Shown here: in pieces, positions 47,625 to 58,500 of the stretch
Layout of the letters: every line of letters begins with the position of its first letter
Numbering within the stretch: position 1 is the first letter of the stretch
Source: Methanobacteriota archaeon
GTDB taxonomy: Archaea > Thermoplasmatota > Thermoplasmata > SG8-5 > JAGLSY01
Direction: 5' to 3'
Assembly (NCBI GenBank): GCA_020697715.1
Contig: JAEHCO010000001.1
Location: 2,222-66,221 of the forward strand
DNA: 64,000 nt
Made by a program: the position numbers and the translations under genes
The notes under the pieces: model-generated
The model's input: only the letters and a program-made list of their open reading frames with translations
What the model was told of the DNA's origin: nothing
The model's database searches: none

Positions 47625-49367
47625 TCACATTTCTTCAGGGGCCACAATACCCAGCGTGTTCAGCGCGTTCTGAAGTACCATCTTGGAGCATTTTACCAGA
47701 TTCAAACGCGCCTCCATGATATCCGCTTCCGCGCTGAGAACCGGGCAATCTCTGTAAAATTGATTGAAGAGGGATGCCAGCTCGTAGGTGTATGACGCCA
47801 CAAGGTGGGGTGTCCTGTCATCCGCGCATTTGATTATGAGTGAAGGGAACCTGGCCAGTGCTTTTATCAAGCTTATCTCGGACTCATGGATCAGAAGTCC
47901 GGGGTCGAAGTCATTCGGAGCATCCGTATTCCTCAGGATGCTGCTCGCTCTGGCATGGGAGTATTGAATGAAAGGCGCGCTATTTCCTTCAAAGTTCATG
48001 GCCTCCTCCCATTTGAAGGTCATTTGCTTTTCCGCCTGCACCCGGATGATATTGTAGCGTATGGCACCGACACCCACGGTCTCCGCTATGCCCAGCTTGA
48101 TCTCTTCAGGAAGCTCCGGTCTTTTCTTTTCAACTTCCGCCAGTGCCCTTGACACGGCCTCTTCGATGAGGTCATCCATGTAGACAACCTGGCCCTTGCG
48201 TGTGGACATCTTGCCCTCTGGCAAGGACACGAAGGCGTAGAATATGACCTCGACCTTTTTCTCATAATCCAGTACCTCATTGAGGGCTATGCTGACTGCC
48301 TCTGCTTTGAGTTTGTGATCCTCACCCAGCACATTGATCATATGGTCAAAATTATTATGTTTATCAATGTGGTAAGCTATGTCACGTGTTGTGTAAAGGG
48401 ACGTACCATCACTTCTTGTAAGGAACAGCTTGTTCTCCCTACCATGTATACCGAATTTCTCAAGATCCAGATACAGCGCGCCATCATCCTCGCCTGTCGA
48501 TTCACTGGCTCTCAGTTTTTCAACTACTTCCGCCACACTACCGTCCCTGACATATTTTGATTCCAGGTCGAATTTATCATAATGAATATCCAATCTCATC
48601 ATGGGAACCAACATCCCTTCCAAAATGTCCTCACAGTTCTTCTTCACCTTCTTGGATATGTCAGCCTCTCCATCTTCCTCATAAAGTGAAATGAGCTTAT
48701 TGATCTCATTATTGATATTGGGATCCTCAGCCATCAGCCTGTTAGCTTCCTGGTAGAATTTCACGAACTTGTGGTCCGCCCTGTCGCTCTCCACATCCAA
48801 TCCAGTGATATTCTCATGGCCCCAGGTGAGAATAACTAATTGTTTTCCCATGTCATCAACGTAAAAATGAACATCCAGATCATATCCTCTTTTTCTCAGG
48901 ATACGCGCCATCGTGTCCCCGATTATTGGATTGCGAGCCCGGCCTACATGAAGCGGGCCAGTTGGGTTCGCACTGGTATGTTCGAGGATAATCTTGGGAG
49001 CCTGATCCTCGAATTCGAAGGAACCATATCTATCCTTCATGCGAAATACCATTTCCATGGTTTTCCCGGCCAGTACTTTCCTATCAATGTAAAAATTAAC
49101 ATAAGGGCCCACATTCTCTATCTTTTCGAATAGAGGATTCGCGCCAATGCCAGCCACCAATTTCTCGGCCAGTTCCTGTGGTTTCATACCCAGTGGCCCA
49201 GCTAATGAGAAACAAACAAAGGCATAATCACTGTGCTGGTGTAATTTCAATGGTGGTAGGTAGAGCTCATTCCCACCCAGGGAATCCAAGGCCTTTCTCA
49301 TCTGGGCATTTGCTTCTTTATCGAATAAGGCCAGTGGGTTGAACTTTTCTAAATTATCGACATCCAT
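47625..49367 (-). CDS. argS: Arginine--tRNA ligase
   Basis: 580 aa; class I HIGH-type motif (ANPTGPLHVGRARN), ArgRS anticodon-binding C-terminal domain. Confidence 0.9.
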   Translation of the reverse strand: MDVDNLEKFNPLALFDKEANAQMRKALDSLGGNELYLPPLKLHQHSDYAFVCFSLAGPLGMKPQELAEKLVAGIGANPLFEKIENVGPYVNFYIDRKVLAGKTMEMVFRMKDRYGSFEFEDQAPKIILEHTSANPTGPLHVGRARNPIIGDTMARILRKRGYDLDVHFYVDDMGKQLVILTWGHENITGLDVESDRADHKFVKFYQEANRLMAEDPNINNEINKLISLYEEDGEADISKKVKKNCEDILEGMLVPMMRLDIHYDKFDLESKYVRDGSVAEVVEKLRASESTGEDDGALYLDLEKFGIHGRENKLFLTRSDGTSLYTTRDIAYHIDKHNNFDHMINVLGEDHKLKAEAVSIALNEVLDYEKKVEVIFYAFVSLPEGKMSTRKGQVVYMDDLIEEAVSRALAEVEKKRPELPEEIKLGIAETVGVGAIRYNIIRVQAEKQMTFKWEEAMNFEGNSAPFIQYSHARASSILRNTDAPNDFDPGLLIHESEISLIKALARFPSLIIKCADDRTPHLVASYTYELASLFNQFYRDCPVLSAEADIMEARLNLVKCSKMVLQNALNTLGIVAPEEM

Positions 49368-49369
49368 CT

Positions 49370-50593
49370 CTATCCCACCTTGTATCGGAGAATGGCCGCC
49401 AGACCATTGAAGGCCTTCATCAGCATTTCTCCTTCTTCCGAATCCATTGAGATCAATTCCACTGTCGTGCCATAGCTTTCGGCATTCACATATAGCCCTT
49501 CGATGACATCCGCTTCCTCATCGATGGCCACATCCCCCGAGCATTTTTTGCATTTTATCTGATTTGGATCATTGATCATCTCCTGACCAGATACGCCGCA
49601 ATCCTTACAGGTGTATTTCACCCGGTATCTGTCAACTCCCTCAGATACCATCAGGACATCCACTGCCCCGGCATTCAGGGTTTCATAGACCTCGACCTCG
49701 CCGTATGCGGTCAAGCCACCATCTGGCTTGCGAAGTTCGTCCATGAACCTTCGCATCAGCTCCTTTTCCTTGGATATGTCCATATCCTTCAGGGTCATTG
49801 TGGCATTTTCCAGAAGCTCTTTAAGGCCGTATTCGTCAGTATAGCCAGTATCAAATGTATTGAGGATCTTGCTATTCAATGCGTGATTGAGATAATTCTT
49901 ATCCGCGAAGAAATTCTTGGTGCTTCCCGGCCCACCAAGGATAATGCCCTTCAAGCCTTCGATCTCCAGAAATGCATCGTCTGCAATTCCAGCAACTTTC
50001 TTGTAATACTCATGGGCTGATATTTCAATTAATCTTTCAAATCTCTGAGCGGACTGGCCACCCTGTCGATGCTTGCCCATGATCCTTGATTGGATATTCT
50101 TCACCACTTGCAATCTCTTGCCGTTCAGGATACCGATGGTCGCCTCGCTCCTGTCGATCACTATGAGGCCCAGAGTTTCCTTTTCAATGAGCATGTCCTC
50201 CAGAGCGTCCAGGTAAAAATACGAATCACATCTGTAAAGGAATGTGGAGATCGGTTCCGGTGGCTCGATGATGAAACTTACTGCAACTGTCTGATCACCG
50301 CCAGCAGCCTTGTGCCCGACGAAGAAGGCCAGGCCATTTTCAGGCACTGCTTTATAATTCTTCAATCGGCCCATTATGGACTCGATGGCCCAGGACACGT
50401 TCTTCTTTGTTGTTCTGGACTTGATATTGGATGACTGGGAAGCCTCATTCCTGAGATATGATACGACATCGTGCACCATCTTCTTCTGCGGAATATGGAG
50501 TGATATCAGCTCGGTCGCTCTACCCTTGATGCTCTGGATCTCTCTGATCTGTCGCTTGAACTCGTATCTCGCTAATGCATCTGGCTTTGCCAT
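49370..50593 (-). CDS. prf1: Peptide chain release factor aRF1
   Basis: 407 aa; NIKS codon-recognition motif (SSNIKSRTTKK) and GGQ peptidyl-hydrolase motif (HRQGGQSAQRF); C-terminal zinc-ribbon-like CxxC pair. Confidence 0.9.
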   Translation of the reverse strand: MAKPDALARYEFKRQIREIQSIKGRATELISLHIPQKKMVHDVVSYLRNEASQSSNIKSRTTKKNVSWAIESIMGRLKNYKAVPENGLAFFVGHKAAGGDQTVAVSFIIEPPEPISTFLYRCDSYFYLDALEDMLIEKETLGLIVIDRSEATIGILNGKRLQVVKNIQSRIMGKHRQGGQSAQRFERLIEISAHEYYKKVAGIADDAFLEIEGLKGIILGGPGSTKNFFADKNYLNHALNSKILNTFDTGYTDEYGLKELLENATMTLKDMDISKEKELMRRFMDELRKPDGGLTAYGEVEVYETLNAGAVDVLMVSEGVDRYRVKYTCKDCGVSGQEMINDPNQIKCKKCSGDVAIDEEADVIEGLYVNAESYGTTVELISMDSEEGEMLMKAFNGLAAILRYKVG

Positions 50594-50726
50594 GTATTGT
50601 CCTCGGTATTATATCGGGCACAAGGTATCCACCTTTATATATTTTATATGTTTGAGTTTGAGCACTCCCGCACTCATTATCAATAGCAAGTATGAAATAT
50701 TGATATCTGATTGTTCATGCGATAAT

Positions 50727-51410
50727 ATGGATAATGTAGTTATCTCAATAGGCGGCTCGATACTGGTACCGGACGATCATGATACCTCTTACATCAAGGA
50801 ACTGGCAGACATGCTTCTGAGGATCAAGAAGGATGCGAAGCTGTTCATCGTCGTGGGCGGTGGTCGAATAGCCAGATATTATATTCGACTTGGTCGTGAC
50901 CTTGGAGCTGATGAGTCCTATCTGGATGATGTTGGAATTGCTGTTACCAGGCTCAATTCCCGAATGCTGATTACCGCACTTGGGGACAGTGCTTATCACG
51001 TGCCAGCCGAGAGCTTTGACGAGGCGATCATGGCCTCTAAAAATCATGATATCGTGATAATGGGTGGCACACATCCAGGACACACGACAGACGCAGTTTC
51101 CGCCATGCTGGGTGAGCGTGTTGGAGCTGTTCGATTGATCAATGCCACATCCGTTGACGGTGTTTATACATCCGATCCGAAGAAGGACCCGGATGCCAAG
51201 CGCCTGCCCACGGTCAGTTTCCCCGAGCTGGTGCGCATCTGCCTGCAAGTCGAAGGCGGAGCTGGACCCAATGTGGTCTTCGATCCATTGGGTGCGAAGA
51301 TAATTGCAAGATCTGGTATCGAGACACGGATCGTGCACGGTCGTGAGCTAGTGGAACTGGAGAAGGCCATACTTGGCAAGGATTTCCACGGTACCATTGT
51401 ATCAGAATGA
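50727..51410 (+). CDS. pyrH: UMP kinase (archaeal type)
   Basis: Start placed at ATG 50727 (MDNVVISIGGSIL…); amino-acid-kinase fold motifs IVVGGGRIAR, VIMGGTHPGHTTD. Confidence 0.85.
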   Translation: MDNVVISIGGSILVPDDHDTSYIKELADMLLRIKKDAKLFIVVGGGRIARYYIRLGRDLGADESYLDDVGIAVTRLNSRMLITALGDSAYHVPAESFDEAIMASKNHDIVIMGGTHPGHTTDAVSAMLGERVGAVRLINATSVDGVYTSDPKKDPDAKRLPTVSFPELVRICLQVEGGAGPNVVFDPLGAKIIARSGIETRIVHGRELVELEKAILGKDFHGTIVSE

Positions 51411-51424
51411 GGGGTGTTTGAGAT

Positions 51425-51982
51425 ATGGGAGATAAAATAAGGAGTTTCATCGCTGTCGATATAGGCCGCGTTCCTGAGCTCTTGAAATTCGTCAAGGCTT
51501 TGAGAGATATAGATTCAGATCTCAAGTTCGTAAAGCTGGATAACCTTCATATAACCTTGAAATTCTTGGGTGATATCGATGAGGAATTGGTTCCGGAGAT
51601 CGAGAGCTTTATGAGGAAGGCAGTTGAAGGACATGGACCTTTTGAAATGGATCTGAAAGGTACTGGTGTGTTTCCCAATTACAAAAGGATATCAGTGGTA
51701 TGGGCCGGCCTTGAGAAGACAGAGGTCTTGGCCGATATCGCAGATAAGCTGAACAACAACTTGACCATGATGGGGTTCCGTCAGGAAAGAAGGGGATTCT
51801 CACCTCATATCACGATCGCGAGAGTGGGGAACACTCTGGATACGATCGGCTTGCCGGAAACCGTCAAAAAGTTCGAGAACTTGGAGTTCACCACACTTAA
51901 GGTCGAGAGGATCATTTTGAAGAAATCCGAGCTCACACCTAAGGGTCCGATCTACTCGGATGTTGTAACTGTTGAGCTATAA
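51425..51982 (+). CDS. thpR: RNA 2',3'-cyclic phosphodiesterase (2H phosphoesterase, LigT/ThpR)
   Basis: 185 aa; two H-x-T-x motifs (HITLKFLG and HITIARV) at the expected spacing. Confidence 0.8.
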   Translation: MGDKIRSFIAVDIGRVPELLKFVKALRDIDSDLKFVKLDNLHITLKFLGDIDEELVPEIESFMRKAVEGHGPFEMDLKGTGVFPNYKRISVVWAGLEKTEVLADIADKLNNNLTMMGFRQERRGFSPHITIARVGNTLDTIGLPETVKKFENLEFTTLKVERIILKKSELTPKGPIYSDVVTVEL

Positions 51983-52014
51983 CTGGCACCTATTGAAAAG
52001 GAAATACGAGGGGC

Positions 52015-52110
52015 AGTCGGTTGCCGTAAGCTCATCATAAAACATCAACTGGATGCGGCGAACCAAACGCCGCACGTTCGAGCTTATGGCCCTAATGATC
52101 CACTAATAGA
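52015..52110. other. Conserved intergenic element, copy 2 (17-mer AGTCGGTTGCCGTAAGC plus 7-bp-stem hairpin)
   Basis: 17-mer at 52015-52031; hairpin TGCGGCG-AACCAAA-CGCCGCA at 52054-52074; then CGTTCGAGCTTATGGCC as in copy 1; between convergent genes. Confidence 0.3.
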
Positions 52111-52122
52111 TTCTCAGTGTTT

Positions 52123-52527
52123 TCATTTCTTATATTTGTGGATCAACATCTTGTCCCAGTCCACATCATTCTCAAAGCCCTTGCTTTTCAGATATCGACT
52201 CATGGACTCGGTGACCCTGGCCACTTCCAATGACTTGGCTGAATGGTAATGTCCGTAGATGTACATCTCCAGGTCATCTGATTCTTCCTGGATCGGGAAT
52301 ATCATTCTCATGCGTCCCTGGCGATTGTAACCTTCTGGCTTCTTGTTCTTTTCCAGATCGATGAGGTTCTCCTTTATCATCATATTGACCACCTCTTCCT
52401 CTTCGGGTGTCTGGTCCGTGTCCTCCAGGAACTTGAGGTACATCTCTGAGAATATAGGTGTGAAGTCCTTGTATTGCACACCCTTGTCAAATTTTATGTG
52501 TCCGCTTCTTACTTTCATATTGATCAC
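52123..52527 (-). CDS. Hypothetical small acidic protein
   Basis: 134 aa ORF downstream of pilin gene; no recognisable family. Confidence 0.4.
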   Translation of the reverse strand: MINMKVRSGHIKFDKGVQYKDFTPIFSEMYLKFLEDTDQTPEEEEVVNMMIKENLIDLEKNKKPEGYNRQGRMRMIFPIQEESDDLEMYIYGHYHSAKSLEVARVTESMSRYLKSKGFENDVDWDKMLIHKYKK

Positions 52528-52649
52528 TTTTCTATACTATCCAAAATAGGATGGAGTGATATTTAATGGTTGTGGCTAAGAATTCGAATGTGTTATTCGG
52601 ATCAGAAATGAGAATAATAATAATAATAATAAGTAAAGAGGAACAAGCA

Positions 52650-52695
52650 GAGAAGGATAATAAAAAAGAGAAGATTTGCGGGTCCGAAGACCCGC
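52650..52695 (-). terminator. Hairpin (GCGGGTC-CGAA-GACCCGC) followed by T-rich tract, terminator of pilin gene
   Basis: Perfect 7-bp stem with tetraloop at 52678-52695, 30 nt downstream of pilin stop; T-rich run on gene strand. Confidence 0.5.
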
Positions 52696-52724
52696 ATTAA
52701 CTTAGTTGATTAGCGATAGCTGGC

Positions 52725-53231
52725 TTACATATTCAGTAAGCTGCCGCCGCTCATCTGGATCTCTTGTCCGTCTAGGTCGACTATTGTAATTTCGTATTCA
52801 CCAGCCTGTGCGTTTGCCCAGGTCAATGTTACGTAGTCTCCACTGTTTATAAGAGAGTTGGCTCCGATATCAGTTGCTACTGCAGTGATATCCTGTCCAG
52901 CGCCAGATTTTGCAACAGAAATTGCTGTTGGCGGATTGGCATCAAACGATAATACATAACTAGTGGAATTAACACCAGCTATTGTTATTGTTATGTCTGT
53001 CCATTCGATATCTGTGCTGAACGATCCGAACTTCATTGTTGCGGTTGTTGAAGAGTCCTTATCGAGCTCTGACCAGTTTCCTGTTGCAGCTACACTGCCT
53101 CCACCGCCAAAGTCCATGACCATGACGTAAAGCACAGCAGCCAAAACCACGGTGATAGCGACCATCAAAATGGTAGCAATAACCGGAGACACTGCGTCGT
53201 CCTTCTTTCTTATATTCCATGTGTTTTTCAT
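52725..53231 (-). CDS. Archaeal type IV pilin-like protein (class III signal peptide)
   Basis: 168 aa; N-terminus MKNTWNIRKKDDAVSPVIATILMVAITVVLAAVLYV matches the prepilin-peptidase-processed motif; beta-rich Thr/Ser-rich C-terminal domain. Confidence 0.65.
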   Translation of the reverse strand: MKNTWNIRKKDDAVSPVIATILMVAITVVLAAVLYVMVMDFGGGGSVAATGNWSELDKDSSTTATMKFGSFSTDIEWTDITITIAGVNSTSYVLSFDANPPTAISVAKSGAGQDITAVATDIGANSLINSGDYVTLTWANAQAGEYEITIVDLDGQEIQMSGGSLLNM

Positions 53232-53367
53232 ATATTTTGTCCTCCTGTAGACTATAAGCCTACGTAATTATAGATTACAAGGACAATATATTTATAGTTT
53301 TCTCAAAATAATACGGCAATCAACGTATATACATACGGCAAATACCGATGCATTGTGCCTCAAAGGA

Positions 53368-54120
53368 TCATATGTTCTTTGCGGATATACCCTTATCATC
53401 TATGTTGCATGATAAGATCTTAGTTTTCTCTGGGTGATTCCTCACCTTCCTTATCAGCAGATTCCTTGTGAAAGTGGAGCCCTCTCTGAGCCTCTCCAGT
53501 TCTATTGTGATATCCACTATATCCTGGACACCACTTTCCACGCGATTGTCAAAAACCCCTTTCAGCATCGTGACGAGGGCTATGCCATTATTTAGTTGAG
53601 TATGAGCCTTGATGGTCCTTATGGCGGAAAGCACATCAGCCTCATCATAATACTCTAGGAAGAAATCCAGAGAATCCAATACGATCCTAAATGGTGGTTT
53701 GAGCTTCGATATACCATATGTGAGCGTGGTCAGGAAATTGACATCCATGCTTTGTTCAGCCTGGGCGGCATTGAATTGCTTGATATCTCGCATTTTCAAT
53801 CCTTCCTGGCGATACTTGCTAACTTCCAGGTTCTTGGCCAGAACCTTCTCATAATACATCTTGCCGATATTCACGACCCTGATATCCTGCTTCCACCCGA
53901 ATTCACCCATGGCGGTCTTAACAGCCTCATCACTTTCAGTGGTGGAGAAATAGGTAACGTTCTCATTTCCTATTCCAGCTGCTGCAAACTGCTTGGCAAA
54001 TAGCTCGACACCGGTTCCGGGTATACCGGTGATCAATATCGTACATCCTTTCGGAACACCATCCATCAGGGATTTATCCAGCTCCTTCACACCTATGCTG
54101 GTAGTTTCGATCAAACTCAT
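53368..54120 (-). CDS. KaiC/RecA-like ATPase domain protein (third of triad)
   Basis: 250 aa; P-loop-like GIPGTGVELF (non-canonical) and KaiC-type fold; 4-nt overlap with upstream gene. Confidence 0.7.
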   Translation of the reverse strand: MSLIETTSIGVKELDKSLMDGVPKGCTILITGIPGTGVELFAKQFAAAGIGNENVTYFSTTESDEAVKTAMGEFGWKQDIRVVNIGKMYYEKVLAKNLEVSKYRQEGLKMRDIKQFNAAQAEQSMDVNFLTTLTYGISKLKPPFRIVLDSLDFFLEYYDEADVLSAIRTIKAHTQLNNGIALVTMLKGVFDNRVESGVQDIVDITIELERLREGSTFTRNLLIRKVRNHPEKTKILSCNIDDKGISAKNI

Positions 54121-54689
54121 TCACCCCCTATGGTTATCGTGGTATCACATACCAACTTCATCATATTGGATATCTCTTCAGTGCTGAACTCTTCCATTGT
54201 GAAGACCATGGAATAGGCATCCTTGGCTCTCAGATTGTTTATGAATATATGCAAGAATTCGGACAGGATCTTCATATTATTGTGAATACCCAGGGCATTT
54301 ATGGCATCTAAAACAATGACATTGTTCTTGCCATCTGATTTCCTTATGAGGTATTCCACCTTCAGCATGATGTTCTCCAGCATGGTGGGGCTTTCCACAT
54401 AGAGCACGTTCTTGTATTTCTTGGCCCCTCCGACCATGATATGGGAAACACAGTCCACGAAGTAAATATTGGTAAGATCGATCTCCAGGATCTTCAAGAC
54501 ATCGATTATTGAATGTGATGGAATAGCCACCGTGATGTAGATGACATTCAAATTCTTCTTATTGGCGAAGATATCCACTATTCCCCTTATGGCATCGAAA
54601 TAACTATCACTGACTATCTTCAGGTTTATAGCGGATGAAGGTGGGAGCTCATGAAGCTCATCTGCCAGATCGCCAGGTGATTTGATCAT
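54117..54689 (-). CDS. KaiC/RecA-like fold protein lacking recognisable Walker A (second of triad)
   Basis: 190 aa; matches C-terminal part of KaiC-like fold (NVIVLDAINALG) without P-loop; 4-nt overlaps on both sides. Confidence 0.5.
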   Translation of the reverse strand: MIKSPGDLADELHELPPSSAINLKIVSDSYFDAIRGIVDIFANKKNLNVIYITVAIPSHSIIDVLKILEIDLTNIYFVDCVSHIMVGGAKKYKNVLYVESPTMLENIMLKVEYLIRKSDGKNNVIVLDAINALGIHNNMKILSEFLHIFINNLRAKDAYSMVFTMEEFSTEEISNMMKLVCDTTITIGGE

Positions 54690-55438
54690 AGACCACCACC
54701 GCCCTTGAGCAATGGAACAAGTAATACGCCCGCGGGTGTCAGATCCAGAACATATTTCGCTCTGGAATGTACTGTTCCTCTCATTTTCACCACTTGCAAT
54801 GTCCTCAGAAGGTCTCCCCTCCGCTCATAATTCCCCATAAGGACGATACCATCCGCGATGGCTTCCTCCACCCCGTAGAGCGAGTACCTGTCGGCAGATG
54901 GTGATATTTCGGATATCAGAAGACTGGTGCAACCCCTGGTAGAAAGAGCTTTTCCTATCTTCAATATGAATTCCCTTATCTTCTCCTCTGTTTTCAATCT
55001 GTAGCAAACGGAGGTTATGGAATCTATGACCAATCTTTTGACAGAAAGCTCATCCACGAGGTTACCCAGTGCACGAACCAGAGTGTCGACATCCTCCAGA
55101 CTGAACTCCACATTTGTCAAACCCAATCTCTCATAGATGACTGGCATATCGACGAATGCCAGTTTTCCTGTTTTTATCAGGGATTCCTCAAAGAAATCAT
55201 ATGGGATGACATTCGTGGTAAGTTTCTCAGATGATTCTGTAACTGAAACAAAAAGTGAATTCTCATCGGCCAGAGCCCCATGCACTAAAAATTCAAGGGA
55301 CAGTGTGGTCTTTCCAGTACCGCAACTGCCTGTGAACAAAATGGTATTTCCTCTGGGTATTCCTCCATTTAGAATATTATCCAAACCATCTATTCCTGTA
55401 ACGCAACGTTCTCTCTCAATGATATTTTCTGAGGCCAT
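54686..55438 (-). CDS. KaiC/RecA-like ATPase (first of triad; canonical Walker A)
   Basis: 250 aa; GIDGLDNILNGGIPRGNTILFTGSCGTGKTTL Walker A, Walker B (RLVIDSI), KaiC-type C-terminus. Confidence 0.75.
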   Translation of the reverse strand: MASENIIERERCVTGIDGLDNILNGGIPRGNTILFTGSCGTGKTTLSLEFLVHGALADENSLFVSVTESSEKLTTNVIPYDFFEESLIKTGKLAFVDMPVIYERLGLTNVEFSLEDVDTLVRALGNLVDELSVKRLVIDSITSVCYRLKTEEKIREFILKIGKALSTRGCTSLLISEISPSADRYSLYGVEEAIADGIVLMGNYERRGDLLRTLQVVKMRGTVHSRAKYVLDLTPAGVLLVPLLKGGGGL

Positions 55439-55591
55439 GATTTCCGTTCTCCAATATAGCTAACCATATTTTAATCATTTGCATAAGGATGGATTAATTT
55501 GTAATTACCTGCAAATCTATTTATAAGTCTTAACAGATATATAAAAAACTGTCCATAACATCAAGCAGACATCAAGTAGGAGACTGGCACT

Positions 55592-58500
55592 TTGAGCGAT
55601 TCCACACTTTACCTATGCCCATTTTGTGGCGCCTTCATAAACGAGGAGGCCGAGGTTTGTCCCAATTGCAGCAAACCATTGGAAGAGGAGGTGGAAGGTG
55701 GATTCGAGAAAGAGCTGGATGATCTTATAGATGAAGATCTCAATGCCATGTCAGGAAGTGAATCCTGTCCCAGATGTGGAAAGCAGCTGGAAGAAGGATC
55801 ATTAGAATGCCTGGATTGCAATATGAAGATCGAGGATGGACTGGAACCCGCATCTGAAGGAGAAGAGGAAGGAGTGGCTCTATTCCTTTGTTCAGGATGT
55901 GGGGCTTTTATCAATTCGAATTCCAATGAATGCCCCAAATGTGGTATTTCACTTGATGATGAGGCTGAAGAAGAACATGATTTTGTAGAATATGATAATG
56001 AATTGCTGGATCTCCTTGTTGAGAATGAGCCAGATGAAGAAGATGAGCTTATCCTGGAGTTGGATAGCATAGATGATCCAGAAGATCTGATATCGGTCAT
56101 TGACAAGATGCCGGATATTGAAGATGAAGAGCTATTCGATGATGAACCAGATATCGTACTTGATCTTGATCTGGCAGATGACGATCCGGAAGGCGATCTT
56201 CTTCACATGAACATTGATGATGAAATAGAGAAGACCAGGATAGTGGAATCCATTAGCGAAAGGGTAGCCGGAGAAGTGGCTATCGAAAGTGATAGTGGAG
56301 ATGAGATCATGCTCTGTGGAGAGTGTGGAGCATTTGTCTCCCAATCTTCAAAGGAATGTAATGTTTGTGGAAATGACATAAGACCTGGCAGCCATCTGGC
56401 TATTGAAAAAGATGAGATCCCCTCAGAGAATGATGGCGAAAATACAGAGACCGCCCTGAGGTCCATACTTGGGATATTGGATGATGTCATACTTGATCCG
56501 GATCCAATGGCAGATCATGAGGATGATATTGGCATATGCCAGAAATGTGGAGCTTTCATACCTCATGGCGAGAGTGCGTGTCCCGTATGTCATGCGGACA
56601 AAAAGAGTCTTCCAGATATCATATACACGGAACTGCCTATAGATGATCATGATTCTATGTCCATTTGCGGGGATTGTGGAGCTTTTGTCAAATCCGATTC
56701 AGATACATGTAATGTTTGTGGAGCCAAGGTCGATGCCGATATGCTAAGATCCATAGAGCCAGATGATGTCTTGGAGATGGGGATGGATGCGGATGACCCA
56801 ATGGATATTCTGAAAAAAGCACTGGGTGTGCTGGAATTACGAGATACGACACCAGAGGAAAGGATCGGTGGAGAACTGGATCTATGTCCGGATTGTGGTG
56901 CTTTCGTCTCAGCTAATGCCAAATCATGCTCCATTTGTGGCAGCGATCTGATCCAGGGCACGGATATAAGCCTGGATGATGGCATAGTCATGGATCTGGA
57001 TGATGGATCGGTCATTCTTTCAGACAGTGTTTGTCCCAATTGTGGCTCCAAGTTCGGGGTCGGGGCAGGAGATTGTGAGGTTTGTGGCTTCACATTCCTC
57101 GGTGATGAAAGTGATCATGACGAGAAGGAAATGTCCTATGAAGACAGGGTGGACATATCGGATATCATAGAATTCGAGGTTCCAGAATTGACAAAGGAAA
57201 GCGCTATCGATCACCTCAATGAAATGGAAGATGATATGGATGATCTAATTCTGGATGAAGTAAAGCCTGAATCATCTGCCGAGGTTAAGAGTGGGGAACT
57301 ATCCAATGAAGAAAAGCTGGCCAGGATAGAAAAGGCCTATGAAGAAGGGCAACTTAGCAAGGCCAATTACATAATCAACAAGGCCAAGTTCTACGGACTT
57401 GTTCAGGAAATGAATGAGATAGAAGATGACCTGGATGAGCTTTTGATAGATATTGATGAGACGATGGCCGAGACCGTGGAAGTGCCGACCGAAGAGGATG
57501 AAATAGAAAGTCTGGAGCTTGGAGATCTTCATCTGAATATCGATCCAGATGCTCAGGACGACGAGGATACCCAGCCAGATGTGGAAATGGAATATGATGA
57601 TCTGTCCCTTTCAGAAGATGACATCAAAGAAGGCATCCATGACGGAAAATATGATGATATCATCGAATTCGATGATCAGGATCTGGATCTAACCCAGGAT
57701 GATACTTATCAGGAAGATCTGGATGAGCATATTGAAACTTATGAGGAAGAGGATGAGACCTCGAAAGAGGATGAAACCTCGGATGAGGATGTCATATACG
57801 AAGAGGTCGAGGTCTATGTGGACGAAGATGGCCAGGAAATAGAATATGAAGAGGTCGAGGTAAATGAGGATGACATCGAAGAGTATGAGGAGGATGTCGA
57901 TGATCCTGAAGGAACCGATTTAGATGATCATGACCCCGAGGAAACATATTTCGAAGAGGAAGACGAGATCCATGTACCCTTCAGATCACATGCCATGGCG
58001 GAGACCACTGGAGGACCGCAATATCTCAATCATTCCGGATGGGAATATGGTGTCATCGCATCACTTCTTACATCCCTCTTCTATGTCGCGCTTTCCTCAT
58101 ACATACCCATCAATCCCATATCATTGGCCATAATATTTGGCGTGATACTTATCTTCGCCTTCATAATGATGGTCACATCAAGATCCATATTCATGAAAGG
58201 CGATCTGTACCGTGGTTCCGTGTTCATGATAGGCGGAGTGATAATTTCTTTCATCCTGCTCCATTGGTTCGCGGATATCATGATCGATGATCCGATGGTG
58301 GACAAAATGCTACTGTCGATAGGAATAATGATGATCGGTATAGGAATAATCTGGATAAGGGGCAAGATCCGATATATCCATCTCTGGTTATCCGGCACCA
58401 TATTCCTATTTCTGTTCTCCATAGGAGAGCTTTATTATTTCGAGCAATGGGCCTATTCCCCCATCCAGCCACCAGGAGCGATAGTGGCTGGGATCGGGAT

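Noticed and set aside
50376-50726. N-terminal 117-aa extension of the pyrH ORF as given in the ORF track
   Set aside because: The extension overlaps the 3' end of aRF1 on the opposite strand and is hydrophobic nonsense; UMP kinase homology begins at the internal Met at 50727.
47503-52031. The two 17-mer copies as inverted or direct terminal repeats of a 4.5-kb mobile element
   Set aside because: The interval contains core housekeeping genes (argS, aRF1, pyrH) in normal arrangement and no transposase; small-RNA or terminator elements are more plausible.
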